This document shows, in pieces, positions 8,632 to 19,070 of a stretch of 20,000 nucleotides of DNA. Source of the stretch: an uncultured virus (IMG/VR IMGVR_UViG_3300002231_000542) (taxonomy: Duplodnaviria > Heunggongvirae > Uroviricota > Caudoviricetes); the IMG/VR virus record IMGVR_UViG_3300002231_000542, positions 58,470-78,469 of that record. One strand, 5' to 3'. Made by a program: the position numbers and the translations under genes. How positions within the stretch are numbered: the first letter of the stretch is position 1; each line of letters starts with the position of its first letter. The notes beneath the pieces were generated by a model. It was not told the origin of the DNA and ran no database searches. It worked only from the letters and a program-made list of their open reading frames with translations.

Positions 8632-9537
8632 CTATGCTTCTGTTGTTGTCCTCATCTGAACTGCATGATCAGCTCTAAGTACGGCAGTACCATAGATAGT
8701 TCTGAAAGTCAGGATGTCAGCGAAGTTGTTGTGGTCTCTACTAGCTTCGGCTGTGATTCCAACCTGAGAAGCGAATGCAAAGGCTTCTTTGTGGAACATA
8801 CCACAAGCTTTGTGAGGATAAACAACTGGTGACGCTGATGATACAGATGATACGATTGCCACATCCGCTAGGTTATTTGAGACGTAGACAGGCATACCGT
8901 AAATCTTACCTAAAGAACCCGTAGGAACTGGTAAGTTAGCTGATGTTACTTTGTCAGCGTCTATGAACTTATCAATCTTCAGCATAGCTTCTTCCTGCTG
9001 AGGACTAATGACGATGTATCTATCAGTCATAGGCACATTAGCTTCATTCAGAATCCTACGAGCAGCTAAAAGTGTGTTGTCTGTGATGTCTACATACGCA
9101 CCTGATGTTACTGTACCGACGTTCTGTGTTACTGTAGTGTCGTTAAGTAACAGTGCAAGGTCTACGTCGATCTGGTTAGCTAGAGCGACACCCTGACTAA
9201 CCGCATACTCAGACACTAGGCTGATGTCAGTTTGAATCTCGGCTAAGTCCTCGATATTGATGGCGGTGTACTTATCCTTATCAATAACGATTGTAGCCAC
9301 TGTCTCAGTCTGTGTAGTAAGTACGATTGGAGTACCATCGACTTTTGTCTTAACGGTTCCAGCACCAAAGATTGGGATACGAATTGTATCACCTCGACCT
9401 TTGATTTCTTTCTCGTACCTTCGGTCTACTAAGTTACCGAAGTGTAGATTTGTGTTTCTTGCGTGTTGAACTAATGTACTCCATATTTCAGGAACAAAAG
9501 CATCAACTGTGGTTTTGGTAATATTACCTGTTGCCAT
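8632..9537 (-). CDS. Major capsid protein (HK97 fold, P22 gp5-like family)
   Basis: FVPEIWS, GDTIRIP, ALANQIDVDL, LNEANVPMTDRYIVISP, GKIYGMPVYVSNNL and IYGTAVLR motifs; strong SD; follows the scaffold gene. Confidence 0.92.
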   Translation of the reverse strand: MATGNITKTTVDAFVPEIWSTLVQHARNTNLHFGNLVDRRYEKEIKGRGDTIRIPIFGAGTVKTKVDGTPIVLTTQTETVATIVIDKDKYTAINIEDLAEIQTDISLVSEYAVSQGVALANQIDVDLALLLNDTTVTQNVGTVTSGAYVDITDNTLLAARRILNEANVPMTDRYIVISPQQEEAMLKIDKFIDADKVTSANLPVPTGSLGKIYGMPVYVSNNLADVAIVSSVSSASPVVYPHKACGMFHKEAFAFASQVGITAEASRDHNNFADILTFRTIYGTAVLRADHAVQMRTTTEA

Positions 9538-9555
9538 TGTTTTATCTCCTTTTTG

Positions 9556-10353
9556 TTATGCACCTTTACTCTGAAGGATTTTTAATCTTTCATCGAATGG
9601 AAGAGTGCTAAAGTTGGCAGGAAGTCCTGTAGAACTTACTGCTGGTGTAGGAGTTGTTTCTGAACTACCACTACCCGTAGCCATTTTTGAGGCTACAAGA
9701 TAACTATTAGCTGCTGAACCCAAGAATTCAGTAACGTAAGCACCAACCGAAGCTAGTTCTCCATTAATGAATACTGGATTACCGTTATCATCAGAAACAA
9801 TAACTCTATTTTCGTCATCTATGGAAATCTTATCCTTTAAAATAGAATATACTGTGTCTGCATTAACGGCATCACACGAATTAGCCGCTGAAATAACAGC
9901 ATCCTTAACTCTGAAATTGTAGATTGTATCTGAGTATTCCTTAAGTAACTGAGACTTAGCCGCAATTTCTTGCTCTGCATGAGTCTTAGCGGCATTAAAC
10001 TTCTGAGTCCACTCATTGTTAATTTTGTCTACCTTCTCATTCCACTGCTTCTGAGTAGTTGCTTTTACTTCTTCAACTTCTTCCGCTTGACTTGTAAACG
10101 TATTCAATGAATTCGTAAGATCATTAATTTTAGCTTCAAAGTCAGCTAGTTTAGCATCTTGCTCTCTAATGGTACTCTTTCGTTTCATTGTTTCCTGAGT
10201 AGTACTCTGTAGTTTAGATTGCAAATCCCTAATCTGAGTCTCGTACTGTTGCTTGAGCTCATCCACATTAACTATTTGAGTTGATGTAGTTTCTGCACCC
10301 TCTGTGCTTGCTTCTGGAGTACTTTCTGTACTCTGAATATCCTGTTCTGACAT
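9556..10353 (-). CDS. Capsid scaffolding protein
   Basis: Acidic N-terminus, long coiled coil and a C-terminal YLVAS...GSGS motif; located between portal and capsid genes. Confidence 0.78.
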   Translation of the reverse strand: MSEQDIQSTESTPEASTEGAETTSTQIVNVDELKQQYETQIRDLQSKLQSTTQETMKRKSTIREQDAKLADFEAKINDLTNSLNTFTSQAEEVEEVKATTQKQWNEKVDKINNEWTQKFNAAKTHAEQEIAAKSQLLKEYSDTIYNFRVKDAVISAANSCDAVNADTVYSILKDKISIDDENRVIVSDDNGNPVFINGELASVGAYVTEFLGSAANSYLVASKMATGSGSSETTPTPAVSSTGLPANFSTLPFDERLKILQSKGA

Positions 10354-10443
10354 ATTCTCTTTTAACCATCCTTTTCTTTAAACTGAATTAATAAAATTTA
10401 TAAATCTCACTATGTTGTCTTTACTACGTTAACTTTTCATCCA

Positions 10444-11964
10444 TTAAACCTCCTCATTAGTTTCACTACTTGTATCTGGTTCTGGAGTCGTAGCACTATC
10501 TAAACTAGCATTAGTACCTATAAACGTAGAACCGTCAATTGGTTTTTCATCTGTTTGAACTTCATTTACAACTTCTTCTGAGGCTTCTATCTCAGACTCT
10601 ATTATACGTTTAATATTATTATCAATCTCTGGTAATAGTAAATTAGACATCTTTCTGTAGTAATGTTTCCTAAATGTATCTGAAGGAACTTGAATAGCTA
10701 TTGTATTATAAGCTTGCTCAAGTACTGCACCAACATCTACTAACCCAAACTGGTCTGGGTATTCAATAGTAACTTCTGTTTTAATATTATCAACACTGAC
10801 TCCATTCCACAATAAAACTAACTCATGAATAAAGTACTCTGCATTAGTTAAGTTAATTGCTACTTTCTGAAGCATAGCTTCAGTTTTCTCAAATTCTATT
10901 TGAAGAGAAGCCCCACTTTTAACAGCGTTATGGTTCTCTATACCTGTATGGTTTAATTTTGCTAATCTATAAATTTCTTCTACTGTTTGTTTAATACGTT
11001 TTTCGTAAGAATCAGTAGTTGATGATGGAGGAGCTATGAATGCTGGAGCATGTTTACTTTCGGGATCAAAAGTAACAGCTAAATCAGTATCTAATCTAAT
11101 CTCTCCTGGATCACCTGGAAATGTTAATATAGCAAATGTCTGTTGTCTAAGTAAATCATCTAATTCAGAAAGGAGGTTAAATAATCTTTTACTTAAGGAT
11201 GAAACGTCCTTAATGCCTGAAATACCTAAAATTGTATGCCCATCAGCTTTCTTGTAATGTACAGGAACCACGGGTACTTTACCTAAGCCATGAGAACCAC
11301 TATCAATAACAGTTAAGTCACCTTCATCCTCTTCAATGAGTGACCACTCATCTATTGTCCATATTTTGTACCTAGTACGTTCTTCATGCTCTTCAAAAAC
11401 ATCTTCAGTGTTAGTTAGAGCTGTTTCTTTAATTTTTATCCATTGTAATATACCATACTCGTCAATAGCCCAATCTAATACATTTTTAGGGTGTACCACG
11501 TAAGCATAAGCTTTCTTATTAGCTAGACGCTCTTCTAATTTTGTAGTAACTTCTACATTAGGTGTGTCAACTACAACAAAACAGTGTCCTATAACAATAG
11601 CTGTAATAAAAGCTTGACTCATAAGCACATCTATAGAAGCATCGCCTCTAAGATTTGTTGACCTGTGGAAACTGTCTAGTATATCATTTATTGTTCTTCT
11701 ATCTGGTGATTTTTTGTAGATATGCCCCACGTAAGTATCAACTATAGCTGCTGTATAGTTAGGGTAGTACGACAGCTTTTTTCTGGATATGTATTTAGCT
11801 TCATCTTCTTTCTCATATTTGTCTAAATACGTACCATCTTCAAAACCACCAGTGCCATGATAACTATCATGAAGCATTGTCCATGTATCTATATTAGCTG
11901 TGTACTCAGCGTGTTCCTGAGCAATAGTACCTAACTCTTTTGCCCTGTCTAACGATATAGCCAT
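10444..11964 (-). CDS. Portal protein
   Basis: 506 aa downstream of terL; YPNYTAAIVDTYVGHIY, HGLGKVPVVP, KSGASLQIEF and IEYPDQF motifs. Confidence 0.9.
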   Translation of the reverse strand: MAISLDRAKELGTIAQEHAEYTANIDTWTMLHDSYHGTGGFEDGTYLDKYEKEDEAKYISRKKLSYYPNYTAAIVDTYVGHIYKKSPDRRTINDILDSFHRSTNLRGDASIDVLMSQAFITAIVIGHCFVVVDTPNVEVTTKLEERLANKKAYAYVVHPKNVLDWAIDEYGILQWIKIKETALTNTEDVFEEHEERTRYKIWTIDEWSLIEEDEGDLTVIDSGSHGLGKVPVVPVHYKKADGHTILGISGIKDVSSLSKRLFNLLSELDDLLRQQTFAILTFPGDPGEIRLDTDLAVTFDPESKHAPAFIAPPSSTTDSYEKRIKQTVEEIYRLAKLNHTGIENHNAVKSGASLQIEFEKTEAMLQKVAINLTNAEYFIHELVLLWNGVSVDNIKTEVTIEYPDQFGLVDVGAVLEQAYNTIAIQVPSDTFRKHYYRKMSNLLLPEIDNNIKRIIESEIEASEEVVNEVQTDEKPIDGSTFIGTNASLDSATTPEPDTSSETNEEV

Positions 11965-12020
11965 TAAAACTCCTATTTAAGAATACATCTATATATGTAC
12001 ATATAGATATAATTGAATAT

Positions 12021-12049
12021 ATTATACCCGATAATACTAGTGATGTCAA
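12021..12049 (-). promoter_or_regulatory. Consensus sigma-70 promoter for the portal/head genes
   Basis: TTGACA (12049-12044), 17-nt spacer, TATAAT (12026-12021). Confidence 0.8.
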
Positions 12050-12064
12050 GCAGTTTATTCTGTA

Positions 12065-12238
12065 TTACTTTATTTTATTCTTACTTTTCTTCTTTCTGGG
12101 AGTGAAGTATTCACAAATATCCATAACTTCCTGATTAATAAGTACGCAGAATAGTGGCACAGAGCCATCCTTACGCTCTAGGTAAGAACCATGACCACAA
12201 TCTAAACAGCAAATAATTTTCTTGTTTTCTTCTACCAA
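12065..12238 (-). CDS. Small Cys-rich (metal-binding) protein, 57 aa, not in the ORF track
   Basis: TTG start with a GGAGGT SD inside the terL 3' end. MVEENKKIICCLDCGHGSYLERKDGSVPLFCVLINQEVMDICEYFTPRKRKSKNKIK has a CxxC...C...CxxF pattern. Confidence 0.65.
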   Translation of the reverse strand: MVEENKKIICCLDCGHGSYLERKDGSVPLFCVLINQEVMDICEYFTPRKKKSKNKIK

Positions 12239-13620
12239 AATCTACCTCCTGATGATGGTGTAAATCCAGTTTCTCGTGAATAAATAGCATAACGTATAGC
12301 ATCCATAGCATGATCATCCATTTTCAGCGGCTCTTCTTTAACATTTTTAGTAGTAGATTTCTCGTACCTGTACGACTCAAATTCACGGATAACATTAACA
12401 CATTTATCCATAACGTATAAATGAGGTTTATGGTTACGTACTACAAGTTTTTGAGCTACTGCTTTGATACCTTCTGATATAGAATAGTTATGTTTACGGG
12501 CTTTTTTAATTTTAAAGCCGTTTTGATTAAATAAATGTATTGCTTCAGGTTTATGGTCGGCAAAGCCACTAAAAATGCCATATTTAGCCCTCAGATCGTT
12601 TAATACGCGCAGTAAATCAGTATTTGTATGCTTACGCTTGTAAAACTCATCAAACACGTAATAACGCCCATCCTCGTCAACGCCTATGCACAAAATAACT
12701 GAAGGATTCTCAAAACCAAAGTCTATAGAAAAGAATTTCTCATTAAATTCTTCTGGACGTATGTTATTAGGTAATTTCTTAATAACATGTGTCTCAGGAG
12801 TGAACTCTTTGTAAACTCTACCTTCGTACACATGAAATGAAGCTAAGTACTCTTGCGCATAGACTTCTGCCGATAGTGTGGCTTTAGCTTCAGCTAAATC
12901 TCCTGGAGAAAGGTGAGGGTTAGATGAAGAGGGTGCCTGAAAACTAGCCCAATCAACATGCTTCTCTGGTGCTCTTTTACTGAGCATAAACAGTTTATAA
13001 ATCCAGTTTCTACCTTCTGGAGTAGTTAAAAAGAGAGCATCACCTTCTTTATCAGTTAAAGTAGGTCTAAGATACTTTTGCCATATAGCTTCTTTGACTT
13101 TAGCAGCCTCATCAAATACTAAAAAATCAACACCTTCACCAAGAAGTGAATCTGGGTTCTCTGCTGATTTACCGATTATCTGAGTACCATTTTTAAGTAT
13201 GATATGACGTTCTTTAGTAGAACATTTAGCCACATCTTCACCTCTAAGAATAATCTTAAAGATTTTAACTACTTCCCTAAAAATCTTATCTGTAAGATCA
13301 TACGTAGGGGCTACTATCCATATAATTTGGTTAGGTTCACAAGCTTTATAAGAGATTTCATAAGAAGCGAGTAATGATTTACCTGTTCGTCTTCCACACA
13401 CAACTACTCTAAATCTTTTTTTACTAGAATGAATAGCTACCTGCACTGGGTGAGGTATGTATTTATCTTCCTCACGAGCTTTCGCGTTTAATCTACGAAA
13501 CCATGAATCCTTACCAAACTTATATTCCATCCCCTTAAGTTCTGCAAGATGTTGTTGCAGTTCTTCTATGGAGAGGTCTTCAATGTTCCCAAAAGTACTT
13601 AAAGTTTCTGTTAAAGACAT
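12232..13620 (-). CDS. terL: Terminase large subunit
   Basis: Walker A VVVCGRRTGKS, Walker B FLVFDEAA, coupling motif LTTPEG, nuclease motifs IDFGFENP and DDHAMDAIRY. Confidence 0.96.
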   Translation of the reverse strand: MSLTETLSTFGNIEDLSIEELQQHLAELKGMEYKFGKDSWFRRLNAKAREEDKYIPHPVQVAIHSSKKRFRVVVCGRRTGKSLLASYEISYKACEPNQIIWIVAPTYDLTDKIFREVVKIFKIILRGEDVAKCSTKERHIILKNGTQIIGKSAENPDSLLGEGVDFLVFDEAAKVKEAIWQKYLRPTLTDKEGDALFLTTPEGRNWIYKLFMLSKRAPEKHVDWASFQAPSSSNPHLSPGDLAEAKATLSAEVYAQEYLASFHVYEGRVYKEFTPETHVIKKLPNNIRPEEFNEKFFSIDFGFENPSVILCIGVDEDGRYYVFDEFYKRKHTNTDLLRVLNDLRAKYGIFSGFADHKPEAIHLFNQNGFKIKKARKHNYSISEGIKAVAQKLVVRNHKPHLYVMDKCVNVIREFESYRYEKSTTKNVKEEPLKMDDHAMDAIRYAIYSRETGFTPSSGGRFW

Positions 13621-13820
13621 AGCAAATCCTTATACGTCGCCACAAACTCATTTATCTTGTTTACGTAATGATTATAACGATTACCTTCTTCAAGAACTAG
13701 ACGACCTTCACCAGCACTTATCATAAAGTATACTAGGTACTGAAAGTCTTCATTCTCGTCATTGAGACCATACAGAGTGCCATGTTTGAAAGTTACTACA
13801 ACATTACCTGTCTTATTCAA
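13611..13820 (-). CDS. Hypothetical protein between terS and terL
   Basis: 69-aa ORF overlapping both neighbours by a few bases, consistent with translational coupling. Confidence 0.6.
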   Translation of the reverse strand: MNKTGNVVVTFKHGTLYGLNDENEDFQYLVYFMISAGEGRLVLEEGNRYNHYVNKINEFVATYKDLLCL

Positions 13821-14454
13821 TATCTACCACCTTAGCTTGTTTTTGTTTTAACTGGTCATTGACTAATCTAGTCATGATAGTTAATTGTTCTTTAAATTCG
13901 TCCTGCTCTCTGTGTTGAGTGTCTATTGCTGAAGTTATAGTAGTTCTAATATTTTCAGTAGCCTCACCTTTGAGTAACTTCTCAGTTTTGACTAAAGTAG
14001 CTAAGATTTCAGTAGCTTCCTTTAAATTCCTAATAGGCAGGCTCCGTTCATTATTAACCCACTGCATTAAAGAGTCTTTTAGTACCCTTTTCAAGCCTTT
14101 AAGTAAGAAAGCTGATTCCCGTTCTTCCCCAGATAACATTTCTATAACTTTAGCGTACTCCTCTGCTTTCTTTTCTCTATTTTTAATAGATAACTCAGCT
14201 TGCTTCATTACAGCGTTATCACTAATATCCTTTTTAAGTTTATCCCAGCGATGATAGTGGCATTTACATTGAATCTCACCACGTTTCCATTTACCCAAAG
14301 TCAAGGCAATAGGCATTCCTTGTATCTTAGCAATATTATCTACTGAAATACCATCTTGGTACCAGTACTCAAAAGCTCGTTTATGTAAAGCTGTGTCGAG
14401 TTTATTTCCTGAATTTTTTAATTTTCTTTTTCTTACTTTCTTTTTAGTAGACAT
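13813..14454 (-). CDS. terS: Putative terminase small subunit
   Basis: N-terminal HTH-like segment (AFEYWYQDGISVDNIAKIQG...TLGKWKR...WDKLK) and C-terminal EKLLKGEATENI; first gene of the packaging operon. Confidence 0.7.
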   Translation of the reverse strand: MSTKKKVRKRKLKNSGNKLDTALHKRAFEYWYQDGISVDNIAKIQGMPIALTLGKWKRGEIQCKCHYHRWDKLKKDISDNAVMKQAELSIKNREKKAEEYAKVIEMLSGEERESAFLLKGLKRVLKDSLMQWVNNERSLPIRNLKEATEILATLVKTEKLLKGEATENIRTTITSAIDTQHREQDEFKEQLTIMTRLVNDQLKQKQAKVVDIE

Positions 14455-14461
14455 ACTCTAT

Positions 14462-14490
14462 ATAATACCAGATAGTTACCTATATGTCAA
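14462..14490 (-). promoter_or_regulatory. Sigma-70 promoter for terS (probably leaderless transcript)
   Basis: TTGACA (14490-14485), 17-nt spacer, TATTAT (14467-14462) with TG extension; the ATG lies 7 nt after the -10. Confidence 0.7.
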
Positions 14491-14583
14491 GCACTTTATA
14501 TAGTATTTTTAATATATAATGATTTTTGAATACTATTTAAAATAGTTATATTAATTTATTTTATTTTATTTTGCAAATAACAC

Positions 14584-14612
14584 TTGACTTTAATTTTTAT
14601 TTATGTTAGTAT
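14584..14612 (+). promoter_or_regulatory. Sigma-70 promoter for the rightward accessory operon
   Basis: TTGACT (14584-14589), 17-nt spacer, TAGTAT (14607-14612) with TG extension and AT-rich upstream DNA. Confidence 0.65.
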
Positions 14613-14669
14613 GTTTTTACGCTTTATTAAAAAGTGATTTTTATTAATTTTTTTTAAAAGGAGAAAACA

Positions 14670-14975
14670 ATGATAACATCAGGAGAAGTCGCTGGGTTAG
14701 CACGAACACCCTCACCAATACCAAAGAAGTATTGGAAGATGATGAATTTATTAAATAGGGTCAAGACTGACACAGTTAACGCAGGTTACGACCAAATGAA
14801 ACGAATTTCAGTTAAACTGAATTCATCTGAGGACAAAGCCGCTTTCTATTGGAAGCCCAGTGCAGAGGAGGAAAGTCAGTTACTGTTTAATACTTCTATC
14901 AAAATTTGTGAAGCGATTGTCTTCACATGGGTTAAATCATTTAGAATGTTAAGAGATGATTTTAACTTAGTATAG
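14670..14975 (+). CDS. Hypothetical protein
   Basis: 101 aa, strong SD AAAGGAG, first gene after the promoter. Confidence 0.75.
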   Translation: MITSGEVAGLARTPSPIPKKYWKMMNLLNRVKTDTVNAGYDQMKRISVKLNSSEDKAAFYWKPSAEEESQLLFNTSIKICEAIVFTWVKSFRMLRDDFNLV

Positions 14976-15125
14976 TAGAAGTCGTAATTACTACTAATTA
15001 CGAGGGTTAAATATAGCGGGATATTGAACGGTAACTAGTACTAACATGTACATGGCAACGAGAAGATGCCCATATGGGCATCCTCGTAAGCCTCATGTTA
15101 GTAAAACGTAGAGGAGAGTAATGAA

Positions 15126-15341
15126 ATGATAATACCAGATGACACATGGGATGACGTAGCTGATGAAGTAGCTGATAATTTAGGTTGTAGTATAAGTGAT
15201 GTGATAACCATAGATGCTTCTCTTGAGATGATATTATTTATTCTAGGTTTAGAAGTTGAATCAAAGTATGAATGCAGTGAAAGAGCTTTACTGGATTTGG
15301 GTTTCCACCTAAATACTAACATATTCACTGTAACAAGCTAA
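15126..15341 (+). CDS. Hypothetical small protein (possible paralogue-family member)
   Basis: SD GAGGAG; 71 aa; SLEMILFILGLEV motif. Confidence 0.6.
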   Translation: MIIPDDTWDDVADEVADNLGCSISDVITIDASLEMILFILGLEVESKYECSERALLDLGFHLNTNIFTVTS

Positions 15342-15356
15342 TAAGAAGGGAAAATT

Positions 15357-15839
15357 ATGGGAAAATTATCAAATGTACTTGTGAAATGTAGAAAATTAAC
15401 TCAAGATGAGTTAAATCAAGAAATAGTTATAAATAAAATCAATGAAATACAAAAATTAGTTGAAAAAGCTTCAAAAGATACTGGAGAAAAATGGGTTTAT
15501 CCAGTAGAACTATTAAAAACAGTTCCAGAGTTCCTGGTATCACCACTGAAGCACGCAGAGTGTAATCCATTTAGTTTACTAGTTGGAATAGGTATTCCAC
15601 AAGGCTTAAAAGAGCGATTACCTAATAAACAAAGAAAACATGACTATTTTGTCTACTATAATTGGAAAGTAGCCATTCACAAGGCTCTGATTAAAGTGGG
15701 TGGTGTAAGAATAGGTAAAATGAAGGAACATGTTCCTTCATTTAAGCACTACTATTTCCAAGTTATGAAAATCTATGAGAAAGATGGCATTTACGCTAGT
15801 GCTTTCAAAGAATTACCAACAAGAATATGGAGGTTTTAA
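15357..15839 (+). CDS. Hypothetical basic protein
   Basis: 160-aa ORF with SD-like AAGGG, tightly packed in the operon. Confidence 0.75.
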   Translation: MGKLSNVLVKCRKLTQDELNQEIVINKINEIQKLVEKASKDTGEKWVYPVELLKTVPEFLVSPLKHAECNPFSLLVGIGIPQGLKERLPNKQRKHDYFVYYNWKVAIHKALIKVGGVRIGKMKEHVPSFKHYYFQVMKIYEKDGIYASAFKELPTRIWRF

Positions 15840-16088
15840 ATGACAATATCTGCTTTTTGGCGGGTAACATTAGAACTACATAAGATGCATGTAGCAGAAG
15901 ACAGAAATGTAGGTGTATCAGGCTACGGGACTAATGTGGCTGCGTTTAGTAATAGGTTGCTTGTGGAAATACTACCCTTGCTAAATTTAAATGAACTCAC
16001 CCGTTCATGGGCGGTCGAAGCTCAGCTATTAGCTGAATTAAATTTAGACAAAGAAGTATATAGAACCCATTTCTTTGAAATATACTAA
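15840..16088 (+). CDS. Hypothetical small protein (possible paralogue-family member)
   Basis: SD GGAGG; abuts the previous stop codon. Confidence 0.65.
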   Translation: MTISAFWRVTLELHKMHVAEDRNVGVSGYGTNVAAFSNRLLVEILPLLNLNELTRSWAVEAQLLAELNLDKEVYRTHFFEIY

Positions 16089-16099
16089 GGAGAATTAAT

Positions 16100-16372
16100 A
16101 TGGTAGTATTAGGAAGAATACATAATGATAATATTAATGAGCTTACTGCGCATTATCGTACTCATGATAATGAGTTTTACGAGGGCATAGATTTACCAGA
16201 AGTTGTCTTTGTAAGTGTATGGATAATCGCATCTATGTTTAATGTATGTAGTGATAAGTACATAATAACTAAATATAGAGATACAGCTATTATGTTGGGT
16301 ATAGAGGAAGAGTACTTACATCAACCAGACCACCCGATTTATGGTGATACTGGGTATATAAGTTCATTTTAG
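16100..16372 (+). CDS. Hypothetical small protein (possible paralogue-family member)
   Basis: SD AAGGAG; 90 aa. Confidence 0.7.
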   Translation: MVVLGRIHNDNINELTAHYRTHDNEFYEGIDLPEVVFVSVWIIASMFNVCSDKYIITKYRDTAIMLGIEEEYLHQPDHPIYGDTGYISSF

Positions 16373-16542
16373 GATAATACTACAACGCTAGAAGAGGCTT
16401 ACAGCCTATTACTTGACCTATGTGTGCTCACATAGCAGAAGCTAGTAAGTCTCCTTGGATTACTAGTAATAACTGGGTGATGCCTTTTCACAACAATTTA
16501 CCGTTGCTATGGTCAGAATATAGAAGACGAAGAGGAGTAGAT

Positions 16543-16801
16543 ATGTTGGATGATATGACAGTATGTAGAATAATGGAGGTAATAGCTGGTGAGCTTTAGT
16601 GGAAAGGATTATTTGGACACATCACATAGTGAGTATCTATTCATGCTATTTTCTTATGCCACTATGGCTACTTTATTAAGTATAGAGGTACCTCCAAGAT
16701 GGCATACAATGAATTATGATATTAAGTATCTAAAAGATAGATTTCCTGATAGTACGTTTAACGTGCTCAGGGACTTACTTAATTTGGAAGAGGAGCGCTA
16801 A
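16543..16801 (+). CDS. Hypothetical small protein (paralogue family), frameshifted at 16595-16597
   Basis: SD GAGGAG then ATG 16543 (MLDDMTVCRIMEVIAGEL*). Deleting one T joins it to the 16589..16801 frame (SGKDYLD...FSYATMATLLSIEV). Confidence 0.6.
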
Positions 16802-16802
16802 A

Positions 16803-17111
16803 ATGACTTATGAAGCTATTAGTGAGAGAATGGTAAGTTCGGTAGATGATGAGATAGGTCATGAGTTACACGATGAGTTATATTATAAGTCACGTGATAA
16901 GTCAAAATCTTCATATAGGGGTACTGGTTGTGTTTGGTTTAGTAGAGCTACACTATATCATCTACTTAATATAAAACCGTTTATGGAGGAAGTACAAAGG
17001 TACTCACCAGTGTATACCTCTAAGTACATTACTGTAGGTGAAGATTTTGAGGATGATTTTTACGATTTTGTTTTACTAAAAGGAGTTAAAGATGGGTATA
17101 ATTACATATGA
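16803..17111 (+). CDS. Hypothetical small protein (paralogue family)
   Basis: SD GAGGAG; 102 aa; FSRATLYHLLNI motif. Confidence 0.7.
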   Translation: MTYEAISERMVSSVDDEIGHELHDELYYKSRDKSKSSYRGTGCVWFSRATLYHLLNIKPFMEEVQRYSPVYTSKYITVGEDFEDDFYDFVLLKGVKDGYNYI

Positions 17112-17397
17112 TAATATAATTGAAATTAGAAAGACAGTTAGTCATACACTCATAGAGAGTATTGGTTATGATAGCTTCCATTATGATTGGGACAATAGCA
17201 GTACTGCTTCTTCTATAGTGTTCTCTGCTTTTAACATGTTGTTGAGGATGACTAATATAGAAGTAAAAGATAGAGTTATAGGAAACCAAATTAAGTACAC
17301 ACAATATTCAAATGGGACAACAATAGCGACTCCTTTCTTAGTCGACACTAAGCATCCCTCGAATTTTGGTTGTGATATTAGGCACACATTCATCTAG
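17092..17397 (+). CDS. Hypothetical small protein (paralogue family)
   Basis: SD AAGGAG; 101 aa; FSAFNMLLRMTNIEV motif. Confidence 0.7.
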   Translation: MGIITYDNIIEIRKTVSHTLIESIGYDSFHYDWDNSSTASSIVFSAFNMLLRMTNIEVKDRVIGNQIKYTQYSNGTTIATPFLVDTKHPSNFGCDIRHTFI

Positions 17398-17414
17398 AAT
17401 AAGGAGATAAGTAA

Positions 17415-17684
17415 ATGGATATTGATGATATAAAATTTGAAGTTCTGGATAGTATTAGCTTAGAGCTTCTTAAGAAGCAGTACATAGATAGTATGTACTC
17501 AGGGGCTGATGAGTTATTGTACGGTTTTCTGCTTTTAGTGAAGTGTTTAGGACTTAATAACTCTGAAGAAATGTATTCATTTGATGATTTTGATGATTTT
17601 AATGAAGATGTATTACGCATAATGTATGTATTAGATAAAAAACAATCAGGAATTTACTATTTCCCAGGGTATAGAGAGGAATAA
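17415..17684 (+). CDS. Hypothetical small acidic protein (paralogue family)
   Basis: SD AAGGAG; 89 aa; YGFLLLVKCLGL motif. Confidence 0.7.
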   Translation: MDIDDIKFEVLDSISLELLKKQYIDSMYSGADELLYGFLLLVKCLGLNNSEEMYSFDDFDDFNEDVLRIMYVLDKKQSGIYYFPGYREE

Positions 17685-17849
17685 AGACTACCAGAACAAT
17701 TGTACGATAATATACCGGAAAGAGTGAACAAACCCATCTACTATTAACAAAGGCTAATATAAAGACAGATGATAATTTTGACTTATTTCCAATTGACTTT
17801 GATTAAGTAAAAGTATAAGAAACAAAGGAGAAACAAAGGAGAAATTGAA

Positions 17850-19063
<1,214 letters not shown>

Positions 19064-19070
<7 letters not shown>

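Noticed and set aside
1625..14254. Plus-strand and nested ORFs in the structural region (1625, 2239, 3287, 3298, 4660, 5690, 6836, 9008, 9257, 11036, 13457, 13919)
   Set aside because: They lie antisense to or inside well-supported genes and show no recognisable motifs; treated as shadow ORFs.
14976..15120. tRNA gene (prompted by the nearby alaS)
   Set aside because: No cloverleaf or T-loop GTTCRA motif was seen here or in the other intergenic regions; tRNAscan-SE would be decisive.
15098..17620. Minus-strand ORFs 15098..15328, 17086..17304, 17181..17393 and 17390..17620
   Set aside because: Antisense to the SD-led, tightly packed plus-strand operon.
17778..17819. Internal sigma-70 promoter before 17850
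   Set aside because: Two TTGACT hexamers are present but neither has a good -10 at 16-18 nt spacing.
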